Assembly (NCBI GenBank): GCA_044356295.1
Contig: JBIKWN010000044.1
Coordinates: 1 to 20,315 of the forward strand
Direction: 5' to 3'
DNA length: 20,315 nucleotides
Origin: Bdellovibrionota bacterium
GTDB lineage: Bacteria; Bdellovibrionota_C; UBA2361; JBIKWN01
Shown: positions 1 through 8,968 of the stretch, piece after piece
Numbering within the stretch: position 1 is the stretch's first letter
How the letters are laid out: the number at the start of each line of letters is the position of its first letter
Notes under the pieces: model-generated
The model's input: the letters and a program-made list of their open reading frames with translations, nothing else
Told to the model about the DNA's origin: nothing
Database searches by the model: none
Made by a program: the position numbers and the translations under genes

Positions 1-1
1 A

Positions 2-262
2 TTACTTATCTACCGAGCTGCTTGGTATAAGGATACGGGAGCAGAGCGTGTTAGTCGTGAAGCATCTATGGCAAAGTTGTTTTCTACAGAATCTGCGCAA
101 CAGATAATCGATCAAGCCGTACAGATTTTTGGAGGTTCAGGGGTTGTCGCAGGTAGTGTTGTTGAACGTTTGTACCGCGATATTAGACCACTTCGAATTT
201 ACGAAGGGACTTCTGAGATTCAAAAAATCGTCATCGCTCGTCATGTTTTAAAGGAATCATAA
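2..262 (+). CDS. Acyl-CoA dehydrogenase, C-terminal part (5'-truncated by the window)
   Basis: Frame 2 is open from the window start ([30 protein letters not shown]...). It shows the ACAD C-terminal signature AKLF..E.A....D.AVQIFGG.G......[22 protein letters not shown]. Confidence 0.93.
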   Translation, partial: LLIYRAAWYKDTGAERVSREASMAKLFSTESAQQIIDQAVQIFGGSGVVAGSVVERLYRDIRPLRIYEGTSEIQKIVIARHVLKES

Positions 263-266
263 GGTA

Positions 267-659
267 ATGAAAATTTTACAACCATCCGATTGGCCTAAAC
301 CTAAAGGGTACTCAAATGGAGTGGAATCAAGCGGGAAAATTATTTTTGTTGCGGGACAGATTGGTTGGACTAAAGACCAAAAAATGTGTGGTAACTCAAT
401 CGTTTCTCAAACAGAACAAGCATTAATAAATGTCTGCTCGGTGCTTTCAGAAGCTAATGCTACTGCGGGTCAAATCACGCGAATGACCTGGTATGTTGTT
501 GATAAGCAGGACTATAAGAAAAATGAAAAAGAGATCGGCGCTGTATACAGATCTGTCATTGGATCTCATTATCCAGCAATGAGTTTAATAGAAGTAAAAA
601 GCCTACTTGAGGATGATGCGTTGATTGAAATAGAGGTCACAGCAGTCATTCCTGATTAA
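267..659 (+). CDS. RidA/YjgF/YER057c/UK114 family protein (enamine/imine deaminase-like)
   Basis: 130 aa with PKGYSNGV, IFVAGQIG, QTEQAL.N, YPAMS and LIEIEVTA motifs. The 'LQP.DWPKPKGYSNG' start matches the Rid proteins I recall from aminobenzoyl/salicylyl-CoA clusters. Confidence 0.9.
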   Translation: MKILQPSDWPKPKGYSNGVESSGKIIFVAGQIGWTKDQKMCGNSIVSQTEQALINVCSVLSEANATAGQITRMTWYVVDKQDYKKNEKEIGAVYRSVIGSHYPAMSLIEVKSLLEDDALIEIEVTAVIPD

Positions 660-669
660 GTTCAATTGT

Positions 670-2277
670 ATGACAGGACACATCGATACATTTGCTTATG
701 ATAACCTTCCGCCGTTGAGTCTTTGGTCGGAGATCGGATTTTATGGCGCAAAAGAGATCGAGTATGGGTCTGAATTAAATTGTGCAGTTGAGCTCCTCGA
801 TAAAGCAGTTGAAAAGGGATGGGGTGATAGGCCATGTTTATTTAGTTCTCATGGCTCATGGACATACAAACAATTTCAACAAAACGTAGATCGAATTGCA
901 CATGTACTTGTTTCAGAACTTGGCGTTGTAGCTGGCAATAGGGTACTGATTCATGGTCCAAATACAATAATGATCTGTGCCTGTTGGTTTGCGGTTATAA
1001 AAGTTGGTGGAATATGTGTTAAGACAATGCCACTTCTTCGCTCTCAAGAGCTCATCTATATAAGTGAAAAAGTACAAATTCGGCATGCCCTCTGTGATAG
1101 CCGTTGTATGCCTGAGATGCTTGAAACATCAAAAGCATATCCAGAGCTACGTTCAGTAGTAAGTTTTTGCGGAAATGATCCTGATTCGCTTGAAGTGAGG
1201 ATGGAAAGATATAATGATTCTTTTCGTGCATGCAAAACAAAAGCAGATGATGTTGCCCTTATTGCTTTTACCTCTGGTACCACTGGAAAAGCAAAAGCAA
1301 CTATGCATTTTCATAGAGATGTCATGGTTATCTGTGATTCATTTCCTAAGCATGTAGTTAAACCAAGCCCAACCGATATTTTTGCGGGAACTCCACCACT
1401 TGCTTTTACCTTTGGTCTTGGAGGACTTCTTCTATTCCCGATGCGATTTGGGGCATCGAGTGTCATGATTGAAAAACCCGCACCTCAAGAACTTCTAAAC
1501 GCTATTGATACGTATAACGTTACTACTCTTGTAACATCACCAACAGGGTATCGCGGAATCCTTGATGCCTTACAAAGTAAAAAAATTTCATCAGTGACCA
1601 CATGTATCTCGGCAGGAGAAACTCTCCCAAAACCAACCTTTGATGCATGGTATGAAAAAACTGGTATCAGAATTATTGATGGAATTGGTGCGACAGAGAT
1701 GTTGCATGTTTTTATATCAGCTTCAGGTGATGATATCCGTCCTGGGTCTACAGGAAAAGTTGTACCTGGATACGTTGCGTGCATCATGGATGAAAATGGC
1801 AAGCCTCTACCACCTGGGAATGTTGGGCTTCTTGCAGTTCGTGGCCCAACGGGTTGTAGATATCTAAACGATCCTGAGAGACAAAAAGAATACGTAAGAA
1901 ATGGTTGGAACTATACTGGTGACGCGTACCTCATGGATGTTGATGGATATTTTTGGTTTCAAGCTCGAGCAGACGATATGATTATTTCATCGGGTTATAA
2001 TATCTCAGCTAATGAAGTTGAGAACGTGCTTCTTGGTCACCCATTGGTGAAAGAGTGTGGTGTCGTTGGGAAAGCTGATGAGCAGCGAGGCAGAATTGTA
2101 AAAGCATTCGTCGTGCTTCGTGAAGACTCAAAAGTATCTGATGAAACCGCAAAACTGCTCCAAGATTTTGTAAAGAACACAATTGCTCCTTATAAATATC
2201 CCCGTGAAATAGAATTTGTTTCATCGCTTCCTAGGACAGAAACAGGGAAGCTGCAACGGTTTCGACTTCGAAATTAG
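670..2277 (+). CDS. Aromatic acid-CoA ligase, 2-aminobenzoate-CoA ligase (AbmG-like) / benzoate-CoA ligase family
   Basis: Has the AMP-binding motif FTSGTTGKAK, SAGETL, DGIGATEMLHVF, TGD, RADDMIISSGYNI and the terminal PRTETGKLQR. The N-terminus H.DTFA.DNLPP...W...LNCAVELLD is typical of 2-aminobenzoate-CoA ligases. The substrate is inferred. Confidence 0.85.
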   Translation: MTGHIDTFAYDNLPPLSLWSEIGFYGAKEIEYGSELNCAVELLDKAVEKGWGDRPCLFSSHGSWTYKQFQQNVDRIAHVLVSELGVVAGNRVLIHGPNTIMICACWFAVIKVGGICVKTMPLLRSQELIYISEKVQIRHALCDSRCMPEMLETSKAYPELRSVVSFCGNDPDSLEVRMERYNDSFRACKTKADDVALIAFTSGTTGKAKATMHFHRDVMVICDSFPKHVVKPSPTDIFAGTPPLAFTFGLGGLLLFPMRFGASSVMIEKPAPQELLNAIDTYNVTTLVTSPTGYRGILDALQSKKISSVTTCISAGETLPKPTFDAWYEKTGIRIIDGIGATEMLHVFISASGDDIRPGSTGKVVPGYVACIMDENGKPLPPGNVGLLAVRGPTGCRYLNDPERQKEYVRNGWNYTGDAYLMDVDGYFWFQARADDMIISSGYNISANEVENVLLGHPLVKECGVVGKADEQRGRIVKAFVVLREDSKVSDETAKLLQDFVKNTIAPYKYPREIEFVSSLPRTETGKLQRFRLRN

Positions 2278-2283
2278 CTGTGT

Positions 2284-2296
2284 CAACAACTTGATA
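2284..2296 (-). promoter_or_regulatory. Possible IHF-binding site
   Basis: The reverse complement reads TATCAAGTTGTTG, an exact match to WATCAA-N4-TTR. It is intergenic, 11 bp upstream of a candidate -35 element. Short motif, so a chance match is possible. Confidence 0.3.
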
Positions 2297-2307
2297 ATTC
2301 ATTGCAC

Positions 2308-2336
2308 TTGAGGGCAAGTCTTTTACCTTTTATAAT
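2308..2336 (+). promoter_or_regulatory. Candidate sigma70 promoter (distal) for ruvA
   Basis: TTGAGG(2308-2313)-N17-TATAAT(2331-2336): perfect -10 hexamer and optimal spacing in the 136-bp intergenic gap. Confidence 0.55.
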
Positions 2337-2393
2337 CTTCCTCGTTGTTAGGATAGTTTTCGAGATTAAATCAGTTACCACTAGGGCTTTTCC

Positions 2394-2402
2394 TGATATA
2401 GT
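2394..2402 (+). promoter_or_regulatory. Candidate extended -10 promoter (proximal) for ruvA
   Basis: TGaTATAGT ends 11 nt before the ruvA ATG, which would give a leader of only about 4-5 nt. Confidence 0.35.
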
Positions 2403-2413
2403 ATGGATTCCAA

Positions 2414-3037
2414 ATGATAGCACAACTGCGCGGAGAAATTTTAGAGATAGAAGGACGAAATGTCGTTGTTGATGTTCAAGGCGTTGGCTATGCAGTACTT
2501 TGTACGATGTTACTCATAAGTGAACTAACAGTTGGTGCAAAAGCGCAGATCATTATCTATACAGAAGTAAAAGAGGATGCGATTCGACTGTATGGATTTT
2601 CTTCGAAATTAGAAAAACAAACTTTCCATTTGCTTACGATGGTCAAGGGTATTGGTCCAAAAAGTGCCATGGATGTTATCAGTCGAATCGAGGCACGAGA
2701 GCTTCTTAAAATGATAGCTCATGGAAATCTTGCTCATCTCAAAGCAGTCAAAGGTATAGGACAAAAAACTGCCGAAAGAATTATTGTAGAGCTCAAAGAT
2801 AAAGTTGCTGGATTTATTTTGGAACAGCTCTCGGACGGTGGCTCCAGTACTACTCCAAAATCAGATCTCAATATCGAAAGCATGCCGTATAATCCATTTG
2901 ATGATGCGCAATTAGCACTTTTAGCCCTTGGCTTTTCTCGCCGCGACGTTGATGGGGTGATTACAAGTCTTCAGAAAGGAGGGGTGCAGTTTCGTGATTC
3001 TGGTGATATTGTTAGGGAATCTTTAAAACAGCTTTAG
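2414..3037 (+). CDS. ruvA: Holliday junction branch migration protein RuvA
   Basis: MIAQLRG, VDVQGVGY, VKEDAIRLYGF, VKGIGPKSA, VKGIGQKTAERIIVELKDK and C-terminal ALLALGF. Lies directly upstream of ruvB. Confidence 0.97.
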   Translation: MIAQLRGEILEIEGRNVVVDVQGVGYAVLCTMLLISELTVGAKAQIIIYTEVKEDAIRLYGFSSKLEKQTFHLLTMVKGIGPKSAMDVISRIEARELLKMIAHGNLAHLKAVKGIGQKTAERIIVELKDKVAGFILEQLSDGGSSTTPKSDLNIESMPYNPFDDAQLALLALGFSRRDVDGVITSLQKGGVQFRDSGDIVRESLKQL

Positions 3038-3046
3038 TGTCCCGAT

Positions 3047-4105
3047 ATGAATTCTGGTTCTGAACAAAATCGCCTGCAAATGTGGGGTTCCAGCGTTATC
3101 CGCAGAGTGGATGATGATATCGAAGAAGCATCTCCGATAAGTCTTCGCCCCAGTGCGTTTAGTGATTACATTGGACAAGATGATATTAAGTCAAATTTGT
3201 CTCTTGCTTGTCGTGCCGCCAAAGCACGGAATGAAGCTCTTGATCATGTGCTGTTGCATGGTCCGCCGGGATTAGGAAAAACTTCTCTTGCAAGAATTCT
3301 TGCTGAAGAAATGGGAGTGCAAATTAAAACTACATCTGGCCCCGTTATTGAACGTCCAGGAGATTTAGCTGCAATTCTTACTTCACTTGATCATCGAGAT
3401 ATACTTTTTATAGATGAGATTCATCGATTACCAAGAGTTGTTGAAGAAGTGCTTTATCCAGCACTTGAAGATTACTCGATTGATATTTTAATTGGACAAG
3501 GACCATCTGCTAGGTCTGTAAAAGTTGATCTAAAACCTTTTACTCTTGTAGGTGCAACGACAAGAACAAGTTTATTGACGTCGCCACTTCGAGATCGATT
3601 TGGTATGGATTTTCGGTTGAATTATTATTCTCCAGAGCAGCTAAAACAGATTGTCATTCGTTCTGCAAAAATACTTGGCGTCACTATTAACGAAGATGCA
3701 GCACTTGAAATTGGGAAGCGAACCCGAGGCACTCCTCGATTGGCTAACAGAGTCTTAAAACGTGTTCGAGATTACGCGCAAGAAAAAACAGACGGAGTCA
3801 TTGATGTTGATTCTGCACGAACTTCTATGGCGCTTTTAAATCTGGATGAGCGTGGGTTAGACGATCTGGATAGGCAAATTTTAAGAACTATCATCGAAAA
3901 ATTTAATGGCGGTCCTGTTGGACTCGAAACAATTGCAGCTTCAATTGGTGAAGAAAGCCAAACAATCGAAGAGGTCTATGAGCCGTATCTTTTACAGGAA
4001 GGATTTTTGCAACGAACGCGTCGTGGGCGTGAAGTTACTGATTCAGCATACGAACATTTGTTAATAGATAGAAAAATCACAAATCGACAATCAAGACTTA
4101 TATAA
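3047..4105 (+). CDS. ruvB: Holliday junction branch migration DNA helicase RuvB
   Basis: SLRP..F.DYIGQ, Walker [73 protein letters not shown]. Confidence 0.98.
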   Translation: MNSGSEQNRLQMWGSSVIRRVDDDIEEASPISLRPSAFSDYIGQDDIKSNLSLACRAAKARNEALDHVLLHGPPGLGKTSLARILAEEMGVQIKTTSGPVIERPGDLAAILTSLDHRDILFIDEIHRLPRVVEEVLYPALEDYSIDILIGQGPSARSVKVDLKPFTLVGATTRTSLLTSPLRDRFGMDFRLNYYSPEQLKQIVIRSAKILGVTINEDAALEIGKRTRGTPRLANRVLKRVRDYAQEKTDGVIDVDSARTSMALLNLDERGLDDLDRQILRTIIEKFNGGPVGLETIAASIGEESQTIEEVYEPYLLQEGFLQRTRRGREVTDSAYEHLLIDRKITNRQSRLI

Positions 4106-4108
4106 AAA

Positions 4109-4684
4109 ATGAAAGAGCTCTCTACCAAAACAATTCGGCTCTTGATTATTTACTGTATCGGTTTTGCTGTTACTGTACATGCAGAGCAAGGGCTTTCAGT
4201 AAAATGGAGTAACCCAAAGCGAACAACGGTCGATATATTCGTTACGCATCATGATGAAGATATGGAAGAGTGCGCTCTTAGTGGTTCGGATGTGTACTAC
4301 CGATTCGAAGTTCAAGTATGTACTAGGCGAAAAGGGTGGTTTGATCGATGTTCAGATTCAGTTGTCGCAACGCGTGCACTACGCCTTGATCCTATTTCCG
4401 AGACCTATACAGTTTCATCTGATTTGTTTGGAGATTCTTTACCATCTGAAAAACATGCGTATTCTTCAAAAGCTGAAGCATTATTAGATCTTTCTGGCGT
4501 TAATGGGATTCCTGCGATGATTCGTTCGAACGAAAATCGCAAACAATTTGTAAACGTACGATTAAAGTTTACATGCAAAGGTCAAAGTAGCGCACTGCTC
4601 GATAGGCTCTCATCAATTATTACCCTTGGGATAGTTCCTACGGGAACTGCTGATACCGGATGGCAGGAGTTTTTCATTGAATAG
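4109..4684 (+). CDS. Exported protein, DUF4390-like (partner of NtrY-type kinase)
   Basis: N-terminal signal peptide ending VHA|E. Central segment 'F.VQVC.RRKGWFD.......R.LRLDPISETY.V' and C-terminal 'DTGWQEF' resemble DUF4390 proteins, which commonly precede NtrY-like kinases. Overlaps the kinase start by 8 nt. Confidence 0.65.
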   Translation: MKELSTKTIRLLIIYCIGFAVTVHAEQGLSVKWSNPKRTTVDIFVTHHDEDMEECALSGSDVYYRFEVQVCTRRKGWFDRCSDSVVATRALRLDPISETYTVSSDLFGDSLPSEKHAYSSKAEALLDLSGVNGIPAMIRSNENRKQFVNVRLKFTCKGQSSALLDRLSSIITLGIVPTGTADTGWQEFFIE

Positions 4685-6908
4685 TAAGTTTCTCGTTGTT
4701 AGAAGGTGGTGGAGGGCGCGGTCTATCGTGACGCGATCTGCATTACTCGGATTTCTTTGCCTCGTAACCTTTAATCTCGTCTATCGATTTTTTGCACCTG
4801 AGGAAAGCTCTCCTATAAAAAACAACTTGCTTGTTTTCTTTCTTTACTACTTGAGTGTGATTTTTCTTTCTTTGTTAGCATTCCTTATCGGTCGCAACAT
4901 TGTAAAGCTTATCTTTGATCGAAAAAATAATATTTTAGGGTCACAACTGAGGACAAAACTTGTTGTTGCATTTGGTGGTCTTGCGCTGGTGACAAGTATT
5001 ATTCTTTTTATCTTTGCGGGTGGGCTTTTAAGTAATGCCCTAAAAGCTTTTTTTAGTGTTCAGATTGAAGATGCAGTACAGGGAGCAGTTGATATTGGAA
5101 AATATCAATACTCACTTTTAAAAAAGAGAGGTGAAGATTCAAGTCAGAAATTAATGAATCGCATCAAGCAATCAAACTTATTAGACGAAAGTGCTGATGC
5201 GATCGAGCGTGCTCTTGAAGCAGACAGAACACAACATCAGCTCTATTCTATTTCTATTATAAATCGTGATTATAAAGCACTTGTCACTGTTCGAAATGCT
5301 GCTGCATCAATCGAAACATTTGAAGAACCTCCGTATGACTCGAAAGCTATTGATAAAGCTTTCGAACAACGTCCAGTTGAACTTTTTGAGGAAAATAATG
5401 CTCAAAATTTCATACGATTTTATCGACCACTCATCCACCGTGATAAGCAGTTTGTTTTAATTTCTACAATTCGAATTGATACCGAATTATCTGATGCACT
5501 CGGAAGAGTAAACGATACATTTAGGGAATATTCCCAAACGAAATTATTTAAAGACACCCTTCGTTCAGGATATTTAATCACACTACTCTTAGTCACTGGT
5601 GTCACATTATTTGCTTCAATTTGGTTTGGATTTTATCTTTCAAAACAGCTAACAATCCCAATGCAACAACTTGCTCTTGCAACAAGAAGAGTAGCGCGTG
5701 GTGATTATGAAACGACTATTGATGTTAACGGTGATGATGAACTTTCATTCCTAGCACGTTCATTTAACGCAATGATTGAAGAGTTGAAAACGACTCGTGA
5801 TGAAGCCGAAAGAAGAGGTAATTTTATTGAAACTGTTTTATCAAGGCTTGGTGTATCAGTTATCGCCCTTGATCTACAGAATAAAGTAACACAGATCAAT
5901 GAATCCTCTGAACGACTCTTTTTTGGTGGTACTCCACCAGACCTTGATAAGGATTTTAGTCAGATACTTCCGGAATCCGTTTCGACCGTTGTCGCTCATT
6001 TATTAAGTTCTGTAGAAGAGGGTGGCTCACAAACAATTCGAGAAGCAGAAATTTCTGTTCCATTGAAAAAAATTGGAGTTGCCTCTGAAGATGAAACAAA
6101 ACTTGTTTGTACTGTTGGTGCATTAAATGATCGCTCTGGAACACGAATTGGATCATTGATACTTTTTGATGACATCACTGAGCTTACGAAAGCACAAAGT
6201 ATGGCAGTATGGAGAGAAGTTGCCAGAAGAATTGCGCATGAAATTAAAAATCCTCTAACTCCAATTCGTCTCTCTGCACAACGATTACAAAAATTACTGA
6301 AAGATACTGAGCACTCTGAAAAAGTCCTAGAGCTTGCAGATACCATTGTTCAAAACGTCGATGGTATTAAACGTCTTGCTAATGAATTCTCAGATTTTGC
6401 TCGGATGCCAACTCTTGAGCTTCGTGAAGCTTCGCTTGATATCATTTGCCGTGAAGTGATGCAGCTCTATGGACATATTGGAGAAGATATTAACCTTCAG
6501 TATTTCCCTGATCCAAAGATTCCAATGATTATGATGGATCCCGAGCAAATCAAAAGGGCTCTGATTAATCTGTTTGATAATGCAGTTGATTCTCTAAAAA
6601 ATCTTCACGATGAAGCAAAAGTTATACAATTAAAAACTTTTTTAGAGGCAAACCAAGTAAAAATTGAAGTGATAGATAATGGAAGTGGTATACCGAGTTC
6701 TGACCGTATACGCATTTTTGAGCCCTATTTTACTACTAAAAAGGAAGGTACAGGTCTTGGGCTAGGTATCGTTCTTTCTATCGTTTCTGACCACCAAGGA
6801 ACGATTAAAATACAGGATAATATGCCGCATGGGGCACGTTTTGTATTAACGATTCCCCTCACTTCAGCCCAATCAGTTGGAACTCAAAGACGACTTGCTT
6901 CTGCCTAG
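4677..6908 (+). CDS. NtrY-like membrane sensor histidine kinase (TM-periplasmic-HAMP-PAS-HisKA-HATPase)
   Basis: N-terminal TMs with GSQLRTKLVVAF, HAMP domain (GDDELSFLARSFNAM), PAS-like region, H-box WREVARRIAHEIKNPLTPIRLSAQRL, N-box NLFDNA, DNGSGI, FEPYFTTK and GTGLGL. The TTG start overlaps the upstream gene and is uncertain. Confidence 0.9.
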   Translation: MNSKFLVVRRWWRARSIVTRSALLGFLCLVTFNLVYRFFAPEESSPIKNNLLVFFLYYLSVIFLSLLAFLIGRNIVKLIFDRKNNILGSQLRTKLVVAFGGLALVTSIILFIFAGGLLSNALKAFFSVQIEDAVQGAVDIGKYQYSLLKKRGEDSSQKLMNRIKQSNLLDESADAIERALEADRTQHQLYSISIINRDYKALVTVRNAAASIETFEEPPYDSKAIDKAFEQRPVELFEENNAQNFIRFYRPLIHRDKQFVLISTIRIDTELSDALGRVNDTFREYSQTKLFKDTLRSGYLITLLLVTGVTLFASIWFGFYLSKQLTIPMQQLALATRRVARGDYETTIDVNGDDELSFLARSFNAMIEELKTTRDEAERRGNFIETVLSRLGVSVIALDLQNKVTQINESSERLFFGGTPPDLDKDFSQILPESVSTVVAHLLSSVEEGGSQTIREAEISVPLKKIGVASEDETKLVCTVGALNDRSGTRIGSLILFDDITELTKAQSMAVWREVARRIAHEIKNPLTPIRLSAQRLQKLLKDTEHSEKVLELADTIVQNVDGIKRLANEFSDFARMPTLELREASLDIICREVMQLYGHIGEDINLQYFPDPKIPMIMMDPEQIKRALINLFDNAVDSLKNLHDEAKVIQLKTFLEANQVKIEVIDNGSGIPSSDRIRIFEPYFTTKKEGTGLGLGIVLSIVSDHQGTIKIQDNMPHGARFVLTIPLTSAQSVGTQRRLASA

Positions 6909-6930
6909 GTTTTTCGCAAAGATTGCCGCC

Positions 6931-7944
6931 ATGAATAAAGCATCATCTATACCTACCTGGACATTAGAGCGTTTTTTAAGAGCAGCAGAAAAACAGAAAG
7001 GGGGCAGCGGCGAATTGACAGAGCTTATCGCCTCAATATCGGTAGCAGTTAAAATTTTGGCTAATATTGTAGCAACTGCAGGGTTTAAAGGACTGCATGG
7101 TTATACTGAAAATGTAAATGCTAGTGGTGAAGTTACGGCCGCATTAGATAGAGAAGCTGATGAAGTATTTGTTCAATTTCTCTCTGCGTCTGGACATTTT
7201 GGTTTGCTCGTTTCTGAAGAGCAGGATAATCCAGTCCAAACGGGACATAACCAATCTGGAGCTCGGTATGTTGTAGCGTTCGATCCTCTTGATGGTTCAA
7301 GCAATATTGGATCAAATATTCCTGTTGGCTCAATTTTTAGTATTTGGAAAAAACGCGATCGAAATGCTCCTGCTGACATCTCTGATTTTATGCAAACTGG
7401 TCGAAGCCTTGTTGCTGCTGGTTATTCAGTATACGGATCAAAAACAACTTTCGTATATTCAGTAGGAGATGGTGTTCACGATTTCACTTTAGATCCAACT
7501 ATTGGTGAATTCTTATTAACAAATCCCGATGTTAAGATCCCAGAGAAGGGAAAAATTTATAGTGTCAATGAATCGACATATCATTCGTGGAGCCCCGCAG
7601 TACAACGATTTGTTAATGAGTTGAAAGTTCTTGATGACAAAGGAGATCCTCACTGTGCTGCCCGGTATGTTGGATCGTTGGTTGCTGATTTTGATAGAAA
7701 TCTAAAAAAAGGCGGTATCTTTCTTTATCCAGCTACAGCAAAACACTCACGAGGGAAGCTACGACTGTTGTATGAAGTAATTCCTCTTTCTTTTATCTGT
7801 GAACAGGCTGGCGGTCTTGCTGTCGATGGAAAACAATCAATCCTCGACATTATGCCATCTGAGATACATGATAGGGCTCCGATGATTGTAGGTAGTAAGC
7901 GTGAAGTCACACGATTTATGGAATTAATGAAAGAGCATGGATAA
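6931..7944 (+). CDS. fbp: Fructose-1,6-bisphosphatase class 1
   Basis: VNASGE...LD, LVSEE, FDPLDGSSNI..NIPVGSIF, AAGY.VYG, FTLDPTIGEF, IYSVNE, ARYVGSLVADF.RNL.KGGIFLYP, GKLRLLYE. I chose ATG 6931 over the upstream TTG 6877, which overlaps the kinase gene. Confidence 0.96.
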   Translation: MNKASSIPTWTLERFLRAAEKQKGGSGELTELIASISVAVKILANIVATAGFKGLHGYTENVNASGEVTAALDREADEVFVQFLSASGHFGLLVSEEQDNPVQTGHNQSGARYVVAFDPLDGSSNIGSNIPVGSIFSIWKKRDRNAPADISDFMQTGRSLVAAGYSVYGSKTTFVYSVGDGVHDFTLDPTIGEFLLTNPDVKIPEKGKIYSVNESTYHSWSPAVQRFVNELKVLDDKGDPHCAARYVGSLVADFDRNLKKGGIFLYPATAKHSRGKLRLLYEVIPLSFICEQAGGLAVDGKQSILDIMPSEIHDRAPMIVGSKREVTRFMELMKEHG

Positions 7945-8533
7945 AGCTGGTACTGTCCGTCATCATCAGATCGAGAAAGAAGAAGATTTGCGATCTATCT
8001 ATCCTTTGGCGCCGCGAATGGTGGTACGAGATAACCTTGCATGGATTATCTCTATCGTTCTCGTTCTTCTCTTTCTAGAGTATGTTGTTTCATCATCTAA
8101 ATTAGTTTCGAATTTCAATGATCTCTATCCTCCTGATAGCGTCAGCGGGCTTGATAATCTAAATCATTATCTTCGCTTTGCTGGTGCCGTTTTTTTATTA
8201 GGTAAATTATTGTTAGATTACTTTCGGCTTCTTTTTTTTAATTACCAAATCTTTGCAGATCAATTGCTACTCTCAGATGGAGTATTTCTTCGACGGCAGC
8301 GATCAATTTTCCTCAGTAAAATAGTCGATGTGTATGTCAATCGAAATTGGAGTGATGTACTTTTTGGTCTTGCGCATGTTGGTATCGTTGTTATTGGTGA
8401 AAAAACTAACATCCGGATCTGGGGGCTCGATGCAAGTGATGCAGAAGGTCTGCAGCAACATTTGTTAGCAAAGATCGAAGCGACAACGATACATCATCAT
8501 CATTCTGATGATAAAGTTGAAGATCTCAATTAA
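7937..8533 (+). CDS. Membrane-flanked bacterial PH-domain protein (bPH_2/YdbS-like)
   Basis: Two hydrophobic segments followed by 'YQI..DQLLLSDGVFLRRQRSIFLSKIVDVYVNRNWSDVLFGL..V.I......IRI.GLD...AE.L', the typical bPH_2 pattern. Overlaps the fbp end by 8 nt. Confidence 0.78.
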   Translation: MDKAGTVRHHQIEKEEDLRSIYPLAPRMVVRDNLAWIISIVLVLLFLEYVVSSSKLVSNFNDLYPPDSVSGLDNLNHYLRFAGAVFLLGKLLLDYFRLLFFNYQIFADQLLLSDGVFLRRQRSIFLSKIVDVYVNRNWSDVLFGLAHVGIVVIGEKTNIRIWGLDASDAEGLQQHLLAKIEATTIHHHHSDDKVEDLN

Positions 8534-8552
8534 CGTATCTGAGGCATCATAC

Positions 8553-8590
8553 AAAAAATCCCCCTTAGAATTTCTCCTAAGGGGGATTTT
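8553..8590. terminator. Bidirectional intrinsic terminator between convergent blocks
   Basis: Perfect 14-bp inverted repeat AAAATCCCCCTTAG (8555-8568) / CTAAGGGGGATTTT (8577-8590) with an 8-nt loop and A/T tracts on both sides. Lies between convergent stops at 8533 and 8617. Confidence 0.85.
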
Positions 8591-8616
8591 AAAAGACCAA
8601 GGAACGTTTCAAATGC

Positions 8617-8922
8617 TCACTGAGTAGTTTCTTTCTGAATCATTCTTACAGCTTTCACGCCATTTCCAGTCAATCTCCAAGTGCGAGAAGTAAAATCGCC
8701 CTCTGGAAGTGGGGTCACAAGTTTTTGTCCTTCAAGGATATAAAGGTACCGTTGAGTTTCTTTTTCGTCTTTAATTCCACAACGAGAAGAAATATCGTTA
8801 AGTTGGAATTCCTTAACATGTCCCGCCTCAAGTGTTGCACCACTCGACATCACTTTAAGGACGTTAATTTGGTGAACATGAGAGTCAGCAACATTTCGTG
8901 GGAGTTTTCCGCCTTTTGACAT
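8617..8922 (-). CDS. Small hypothetical protein, probable winged helix-turn-helix DNA-binding fold
   Basis: 101 aa with an SD-like AGGAAAA upstream. The pattern 'FQLNDISSRCGI.DEKETQRYLYILEGQKLV...TWRLTGNG' fits helix-turn-helix plus wing (the YxLTxxG-type ending of MarR/PadR-like folds). Confidence 0.7.
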   Translation of the reverse strand: MSKGGKLPRNVADSHVHQINVLKVMSSGATLEAGHVKEFQLNDISSRCGIKDEKETQRYLYILEGQKLVTPLPEGDFTSRTWRLTGNGVKAVRMIQKETTQ

Positions 8923-8968
8923 TGAATTTTCCTAATTTGATTTTATAAAAGAGAATAGATAAGTGCCT

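Noticed and set aside
1052..2224. Several short ORFs within the CoA ligase gene
   Set aside because: They overlap a strongly supported CDS and have no independent evidence.
2291..2306. Fur-box-like TGATAATTCATTGCA
   Set aside because: Half-site spacing and the second half-site do not fit the 7-1-7 consensus, and no iron-related genes are nearby.
6877..6930. Longer fbp start at TTG 6877
   Set aside because: It overlaps the kinase C-terminus by 32 nt and adds non-FBPase-like residues. ATG 6931 is more plausible.
5266..7910. Short alternative-frame and antisense ORFs inside the kinase and fbp genes
   Set aside because: Shadows of conserved genes.
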